Positions 58,776 to 64,000 of a stretch of 64,000 nucleotides of DNA are shown here, piece after piece. The notes under the pieces were generated by a model. It saw only the letters and a list, made by a program, of their open reading frames with translations. It was not told the DNA's origin and did no database searches. The position numbers were made by a program, and so were the translations under genes. Every line of letters starts with the position of its first letter. Positions within the stretch are counted from its first letter, which is position 1. The stretch spans positions 80,309-144,308 of the forward strand of contig CALVMW010000001.1 of the NCBI GenBank assembly GCA_944349335.1, given 5' to 3'. Origin of the DNA: an uncultured Bacilli bacterium. Lineage in GTDB: Bacteria; Bacillota_I; Bacilli_A; RFN20; CAG-288.

Positions 58776-60206
58776 ATGGCAAAAAACAAATTTATCGCAA
58801 AAAAAAGTGAAGACTTAGCTAAGTGGTACACAGATGTCTGCTTAAAAGCCGAGCTTATGTCCTATGCTCGTGCTAAAGGTTTTATTGTCTATCGTCCTGA
58901 TTCTTATGCTTTATGGGAAGAGATTCAAAACTATTTTAATCCACGTATCAAAAAATTAGGCGTAAGAAATGTTTACTTACCTACATTGATACCTGTGTCT
59001 TTACTCAATAAAGAGAAAGAATTTGTTGAAGGTTTTGCCCCTGAGTGCGCTGTTGTCACTAAGGCGAGCAACAAAGATTTAACTGAACCTTTAGTAGTAA
59101 GACCGACTAGTGAATGTCTTTTTTCCGATCATTTTAAAGATATAGTTCATTCCTATAATGACTTACCTGTCAAATATAACCAGTGGTGTTCAGTTGTTCG
59201 TTGGGAGAAAACTACTCGTCCCTTCTTAAGAGGTGCTGAATTCCTCTGGCAAGAAGGTCATACGCTCCACTTAGATGAATATGAAGCAAGAGAATTCGCT
59301 CTAACTATTCTCCGTCTATATAACGATTTAGGTAGAGATTTATTAGCTATTCCTTTTGTAACTGGAAGCAAACCTTCTAGTGAAAAATTCGCTGGTGCTG
59401 ATACAACTTATACTATCGAAGCTTTGATGCCCGATGGTCAAGCTTTGCAATGCGGTACTACTCACTATTTAGGAACTGGTTTCCCTGAAGGCTTTGACAT
59501 CAAGTACTTAGGAAAAGATAATACTCTCCATTATCCTCACTATACTTCATGGGGCTTTTCTACACGTCTATTAGGTGCTTTAATCATGGTACATGGTGAT
59601 GATAACGGCTTAGTTTTACCGCCTAAGATCGCACCTACTCAAGCGATTATCATTCCGATTAAAGCTGAAGATAACAAAGAAGTCAAAGAAACTTGTGAAA
59701 AAGTAAAAGATATCTTAATTAAAAACAATATCCGTGCTGAAGTCGATTTCTCTAATAAAACTCCTGGCTGGAAGTTTAGTCAATACGAGATGAAAGGTGT
59801 TCCTCTCCGTATAGAAATTGGTCCTAAAGATTTAGAAAATAATTCTTGTACTCTCTCTATCCGCTATGATGAATCTAAGAGGCAGGTCTCTTTAAATAAT
59901 ATTGAAACTACTATCAAAGAATTATTAGAAGAGATTCATAAAGGTATGTATAACAAAGCTCTTGAATACCTTAATTCACATATTTATGAATGTCGAACTT
60001 ATGATGAAATCAAAGAAGTACTCACTTCTCATAAAGGCTTTGTCAAAATGATGAGCACTTTAGAGAGTGAAGATGAGATCAAAATGAAGGAAGACTTCCA
60101 AGCTACACCTCGCGTCATTCCTTTTAACCAACAGCCTTTCTCTGACACTGATCCTCTTTCTGGTAAAAAGTGTGATACTGTCGTCTATTATGCAAGAGCC
60201 TATTAG
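58776..60206 (+). CDS. proS: proline--tRNA ligase, archaeal/eukaryote-like type lacking the bacterial editing insertion
   Basis: 476 aa; class II motifs (FRGAEFLWQEGHT, GTTHYLG) and an archaeal-type C-terminal domain. Confidence 0.85.
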   Translation: MAKNKFIAKKSEDLAKWYTDVCLKAELMSYARAKGFIVYRPDSYALWEEIQNYFNPRIKKLGVRNVYLPTLIPVSLLNKEKEFVEGFAPECAVVTKASNKDLTEPLVVRPTSECLFSDHFKDIVHSYNDLPVKYNQWCSVVRWEKTTRPFLRGAEFLWQEGHTLHLDEYEAREFALTILRLYNDLGRDLLAIPFVTGSKPSSEKFAGADTTYTIEALMPDGQALQCGTTHYLGTGFPEGFDIKYLGKDNTLHYPHYTSWGFSTRLLGALIMVHGDDNGLVLPPKIAPTQAIIIPIKAEDNKEVKETCEKVKDILIKNNIRAEVDFSNKTPGWKFSQYEMKGVPLRIEIGPKDLENNSCTLSIRYDESKRQVSLNNIETTIKELLEEIHKGMYNKALEYLNSHIYECRTYDEIKEVLTSHKGFVKMMSTLESEDEIKMKEDFQATPRVIPFNQQPFSDTDPLSGKKCDTVVYYARAY

Positions 60207-60215
60207 GAGGTAATA

Positions 60216-61979
60216 ATGAATATTTTCGATGAAAGAATTAAAGCTTTACAAAGAAGGATGCTTCAAGATGGCCTAAAAGCTTATATCATTAAAGCCTCTG
60301 ATCCACACCTTTCTGAAAGCTATGCTGATCATTATGGAGCTATGAGAAAATACTTTTGCTCCTTTACTGGTCAAGATGGAACATTACTAGTAACTTGTGA
60401 TGATTATTATCTATATACTGATGGCCGCTATTTTGTTCAAGCAGAAATCGAATTAAAAAATACTTCCTGTATACTTATGAAGGAAGGTACTAAAGAATGT
60501 TTACCATTAAATGAATTTATCAAGAAAAATGAACTCTATCCTTTAGGTTTTGATTCCTCACTTTTCTCTTTAGATGAAATCAAATCACTTTATCTTGATG
60601 ATAATCACAAAATTATCTCTATCAATTATGATGATATGTACACTAATATCCCTCTTCCAAAGGGTAAAATTTTCAAAATTCCCGATGAATATTTTAGTGT
60701 GACTAGAAAAGAAAGAATCTCTTCACTACTTAACTCTGCTAAAAAAAGCGGAGCTGATTCACTTTTACTAACTTCTTTAGAAGATATCGCCTTTGCTTTA
60801 TCTTATAGAGGGAGCGACATCGCTTGCACTCCTGTTTTTTACTCTTACCTTTTCATAGATAAAGATGAATCATTAACTCTATTTATCGATTTAGATAAGA
60901 TACCGGAAAATTTCGATAATGATATTAATGTTTTACCTTACGAAGAAGTCTATAACTTCTTAAATTCTCGCGAAGATAAAATTGCCGTCGATAAAAGTTT
61001 AGCTAATGCAAAAATAGTTAACCATATTAAAAATCCTCTTTTCATCGTCTCACCCGCTTACTTAGCTAAAGCCGTTAAGGGACCTATTGAAGTCGAGAAT
61101 ATCAAAAGAGTTCATGTTTTAGATGGTATCGCCGTGTTAAAACTCTTTAAGTATTTAAGAGATAATTTTAGAAAAGTGGAACTTGATGAAAAGAAGATCG
61201 CCGACTATATTGACGCGACAAGACTACTTAATAAGGAATGCTTCTCTTTATCCTTTGAAACGATCGCCGCTCTTGATAGTAATGCTAGCATGATGCACTA
61301 TGCTCCTAGTGAAGATAAATTTGCAACCTTAAAAGATGATAGTCAATTAGTATTAGTCGATTCTGGCGGTCAATATTTTGGTGGAACAACAGATATCACT
61401 AGAACTTTCCTTTTGCAAGAACAGCCTTCTAAAGAGATCATTCATGATTATACTTTGACTTTAAAATCTCATCTTAACATGATGATGACAACTTTCATGA
61501 AAGGATGCTCTGGCCGCGCCTTAGATATCAAAGCGCGCGAAGTCATGTGGAAAGAAGGTCTTGATTATAAATGTGGAACTGGACATGGTGTCTCCTATAT
61601 GCTCGGTGTCCATGAAGGTCCTATCGGGCTTAGATATTACACAAGACCTAATATAAAAGACGATTATCCTTTAGAAGTCGGAAATATTGTCACTGATGAA
61701 CCTGGTGTTTATAAAGACTATAAATATGGAATCAGAATAGAAAATGAACTTTTAGTAGTCAAGGATAAATCTACTGATCAAGGTGAATTCTTAACTTTTG
61801 AAACTGTTACATATTGTCCTTATGATAAACGTGGTATTGACGTAGATATGTTAACTGATGAAGAGTTAACATTCTTAAATAATTATCATAAATTGGTATA
61901 TGATAAATTATCACCTCAGATTCGTGATCAAGAACTTTTGGCCTTCCTTAAAGATTGCACTTCTCCTTTAGAAAAATGA
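60216..61979 (+). CDS. pepP: Xaa-Pro aminopeptidase (M24B, three-domain aminopeptidase P type)
   Basis: Creatinase-N-like N-terminal repeats and M24 metal ligands (VDSGGQYFGGTTDITRT, HGVSYMLGVHE, EPG). Confidence 0.8.
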   Translation: MNIFDERIKALQRRMLQDGLKAYIIKASDPHLSESYADHYGAMRKYFCSFTGQDGTLLVTCDDYYLYTDGRYFVQAEIELKNTSCILMKEGTKECLPLNEFIKKNELYPLGFDSSLFSLDEIKSLYLDDNHKIISINYDDMYTNIPLPKGKIFKIPDEYFSVTRKERISSLLNSAKKSGADSLLLTSLEDIAFALSYRGSDIACTPVFYSYLFIDKDESLTLFIDLDKIPENFDNDINVLPYEEVYNFLNSREDKIAVDKSLANAKIVNHIKNPLFIVSPAYLAKAVKGPIEVENIKRVHVLDGIAVLKLFKYLRDNFRKVELDEKKIADYIDATRLLNKECFSLSFETIAALDSNASMMHYAPSEDKFATLKDDSQLVLVDSGGQYFGGTTDITRTFLLQEQPSKEIIHDYTLTLKSHLNMMMTTFMKGCSGRALDIKAREVMWKEGLDYKCGTGHGVSYMLGVHEGPIGLRYYTRPNIKDDYPLEVGNIVTDEPGVYKDYKYGIRIENELLVVKDKSTDQGEFLTFETVTYCPYDKRGIDVDMLTDEELTFLNNYHKLVYDKLSPQIRDQELLAFLKDCTSPLEK

Positions 61980-62488
61980 TTAAGATAGCTTTATTTGAGC
62001 CTGAGAAGCCTGCGAATACTGGAAACATTATTCGTCTTTGTATGGCTTTAAATTGTCATTTAGCGATTATCGGTGAGCCTTCTTTTTCCTTGACCGAAAA
62101 AGCCTTTAGAAGAGCAAGTCTGGATTATATCATCGGCTTTGATATTGAAAGATATAAAGACATCGATATCTTTTTAGAAAAACATAAGAACTTTGAGGGA
62201 TACTTTTCTACAAGATATTCCAAAAATATCTATACTGAAAATGATTATTCAGATACTAAAAAAGATTATTTCTTTATGTTCGGTAAAGAATCTAGTGGTA
62301 TTCCTAAAGAAGTATTAAAAAAATATTATGAAAAGACAATTAGGATACCTATGGCTATCAATGCTAGATCACTAAATCTTGCTGATTCAGTCGCTATCGT
62401 TATTTCTGAATGCTTAAGACAACAAAATTTCCCTGATTTATCTACAAGAGAAACCATAAAAGGGCAAGATTTCTTGTCTAATTATTGA
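61976..62488 (+). CDS. trmL: tRNA (cytidine/uridine-2'-O)-methyltransferase TrmL (SpoU family)
   Basis: IALFEPEKPANTGNIIRLC and FGKESSGIP SPOUT motifs. Confidence 0.8.
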   Translation: MIKIALFEPEKPANTGNIIRLCMALNCHLAIIGEPSFSLTEKAFRRASLDYIIGFDIERYKDIDIFLEKHKNFEGYFSTRYSKNIYTENDYSDTKKDYFFMFGKESSGIPKEVLKKYYEKTIRIPMAINARSLNLADSVAIVISECLRQQNFPDLSTRETIKGQDFLSNY

Positions 62489-62663
62489 AAGATAACTTAA
62501 TTTCGACTATACTAAAAGCAACCTAGTGATATGCGGCTTTCCGACACATTCATTATAGAGCTTATACGCCGATATGGAGTTGAAGGCCTATCTAGTAATA
62601 GGAATCCCGATTATCCGCTGCGGCTCAAACATTAAACTTTGGGAAATTTACCCATCCTAGGCT

Positions 62664-62694
62664 ATACGGATAGTTTCTATCCGTATTTTTTTTA
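62664..62694 (+). terminator. strong intrinsic terminator closing the ~200-nt structured region upstream of tkt
   Basis: atacggatag-tttc-tatccgtat followed by T8. Confidence 0.75.
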
Positions 62695-62744
62695 TTAAGT
62701 AAATTTAGTAAAATTATATATAAATAAATAATCGGAGGTTACTT

Positions 62745-64000
62745 ATGAATTACGATGATATCGCTACAAAATGTCTGCGTTGTCTCTCACTTGATATGAT
62801 TGAAAAAGCTAAAAGTGGTCACCCTGGTATCGCTCTTAGCGCTGCTCCTATAATCTATACTATCTATTCGCGTCACTTAGTTTCAGATCCTAACAATCCA
62901 ACTTGGATCAATCGTGACCGTTTTGTTCTTTCTTGTGGGCATGCTTCAAGCCTTTTATATGCTACTTTACACCTTGCTGGTTATCCTCTTCCTTTAGAAG
63001 AATTAAAAAACTTCCGCAAGTTTGGTTCTTTTACTCCTGGTCATCCTGAACTCGGTATGACACCAGGTGTCGATGCGACAAGCGGTCCTTTAGGCCAAGG
63101 TTTAGCGCAAGCTGTCGGTTTAGCTATCGCTGAAAATCATTTGCGTCATCTCTATCCTGAAGGAAATAGATTGATTGATCATTACACTTATTGTTTAGTA
63201 GGCGATGGTTGTTTAGAAGAAGGTGTCGCAAGTGAAGCTATTGCTCTTGCAGGACTATTAGGTTTAAATCGTTTGATCGTTTTATATGATAAAAATGATT
63301 GCACCTTAGACGGTCCTTTAGCTGATTCCTCTAGAGAAGATACAAAAATGCGCTTTGAAGCTGAAGGATGGAATGTATTAACTGTTGAGGATGGAAATTC
63401 GATCGATGAGATCGACAAAGCGATTATGATCGCAAAGGAAGCTTTAGATAAGCCGACTCTTATCATCTGCAAGACTATTATCGGCTATGGTTCCCCTTAT
63501 CAAAACTCAAATAAGGCGCATGGTAAAGCATTTAATGAAGAAGAAGTTTTAGCAACTAAGAATTTCTTTAACTATAATCATCCAGCTTTTGAAGTACCTT
63601 ATGAAGCTTATAAAGCATTTGATAATTTTAAAAAGAGAGGTGAAGATAGTTTTAATAAATATAGTTCTGATTTAAAAGATTACGCAAATAAATATCCTAG
63701 CGATTATCAAACTTTCACTCTTTCAACTAGTGATATCTCTTCTTTATTACCGACCTCTGCTCCCATTTATGAAAAAGGCTTTAAACAAGCTTCAAGAGAT
63801 ACTTCTTTAAGCTTATTAAATCTCTTCGCTGAAAAGATTCCTTTCTTGATGGGAGGAAGCGCGGATGTTGCTGAATCAGTTAAAACAAAAGTCGCTACTT
63901 TTAAAGATTATTCTAAAGAGCATCCTGAAAATAAGAATCTCCGCTTTGGTATCCGCGAATTTGCGATGGCTTCAGTTCAAAATGGTCTCCTTTTACATGG
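62745..64000 (+). CDS. tkt: transketolase (N-terminal part; continues beyond the window)
   Basis: SGHPGIALSAAP (Tkt N-terminus), GHAS, GPLGQG, and TPP-binding region GDGCLEEG; GGAGG SD 8 nt upstream. Confidence 0.9.
   Translation, partial: MNYDDIATKCLRCLSLDMIEKAKSGHPGIALSAAPIIYTIYSRHLVSDPNNPTWINRDRFVLSCGHASSLLYATLHLAGYPLPLEELKNFRKFGSFTPGHPELGMTPGVDATSGPLGQGLAQAVGLAIAENHLRHLYPEGNRLIDHYTYCLVGDGCLEEGVASEAIALAGLLGLNRLIVLYDKNDCTLDGPLADSSREDTKMRFEAEGWNVLTVEDGNSIDEIDKAIMIAKEALDKPTLIICKTIIGYGSPYQNSNKAHGKAFNEEEVLATKNFFNYNHPAFEVPYEAYKAFDNFKKRGEDSFNKYSSDLKDYANKYPSDYQTFTLSTSDISSLLPTSAPIYEKGFKQASRDTSLSLLNLFAEKIPFLMGGSADVAESVKTKVATFKDYSKEHPENKNLRFGIREFAMASVQNGLLLH

Noticed and set aside
62489-62744. TPP riboswitch upstream of transketolase (a TPP-dependent enzyme)
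   Set aside because: There is no CUGAGA/thi-box element and no GGGG...ACCUGAUC(U)GGNUAAUACC pattern, so the structured region is left unclassified.
63188-63472. 94-aa minus-strand ORF
   Set aside because: It is antisense within transketolase.
1-64000. CRISPR arrays, IS elements, integrases, prophage genes and rRNA operons
   Set aside because: Scanning found no regularly spaced direct repeats, transposase/integrase-like ORFs, phage structural genes or rRNA-like sequence. The only stable RNAs found are the two tRNAs at 56.5 kb.

Overview
This window is from a very AT-rich (about 28-30% GC) bacterial chromosome. The organism looks like a wall-less or low-GC Firmicutes/Mollicutes-related lineage: many lipoproteins with Ser-rich tethers, BspA-type LRR surface proteins, a BMP lipoprotein and an RNase J. 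It uses the standard code, because long housekeeping ORFs such as alaS, infB and nusA are uninterrupted. Most of the window is conserved housekeeping: the rimP-nusA-ylxR-ylxQ-infB-rbfA operon, rpsO, truB, alaS-ruvX, fmt, ybaK, fba, an agmatine-to-putrescine pair, xth, rnj, deoC, rpsT, gpmA-ppiB-holA, pit-DUF47, ldh, tRNA-Asn/Glu, acpP, archaeal-type proS, pepP, trmL and tkt. There are two ABC exporter pairs and several surface or secreted proteins. The first ~9 kb (about 1.5-9.0 kb) is the accessory region and the best candidate for something new. It holds an intact OLD-family/PARIS-like (AriAB-style) ATPase-Toprim fusion. Next to it is a decayed YhcG/DUF1016 PDDEXK nuclease pseudogene with two in-frame TGA codons and a lost start. 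Downstream are a two-gene operon (430-aa wHTH + WYL-like protein plus a 104-aa unknown) and a soluble, transmembrane-less FtsH-like AAA+/M41 protease, separated by long AT-rich spacers. Other points worth a second look: terminator-like hairpins that sit just upstream of the rimP and ppiB ribosome-binding sites; a membrane protein with degenerate GGDEF/EAL-like domains; a uridine-kinase-CYTH fusion; a secreted HExxH protein; and a ~200-nt structured leader or ncRNA ending in a strong terminator upstream of tkt. No CRISPR array, integrase, transposase or rRNA gene was seen. All calls come from reading motifs in the supplied six-frame translations; none is database-verified.
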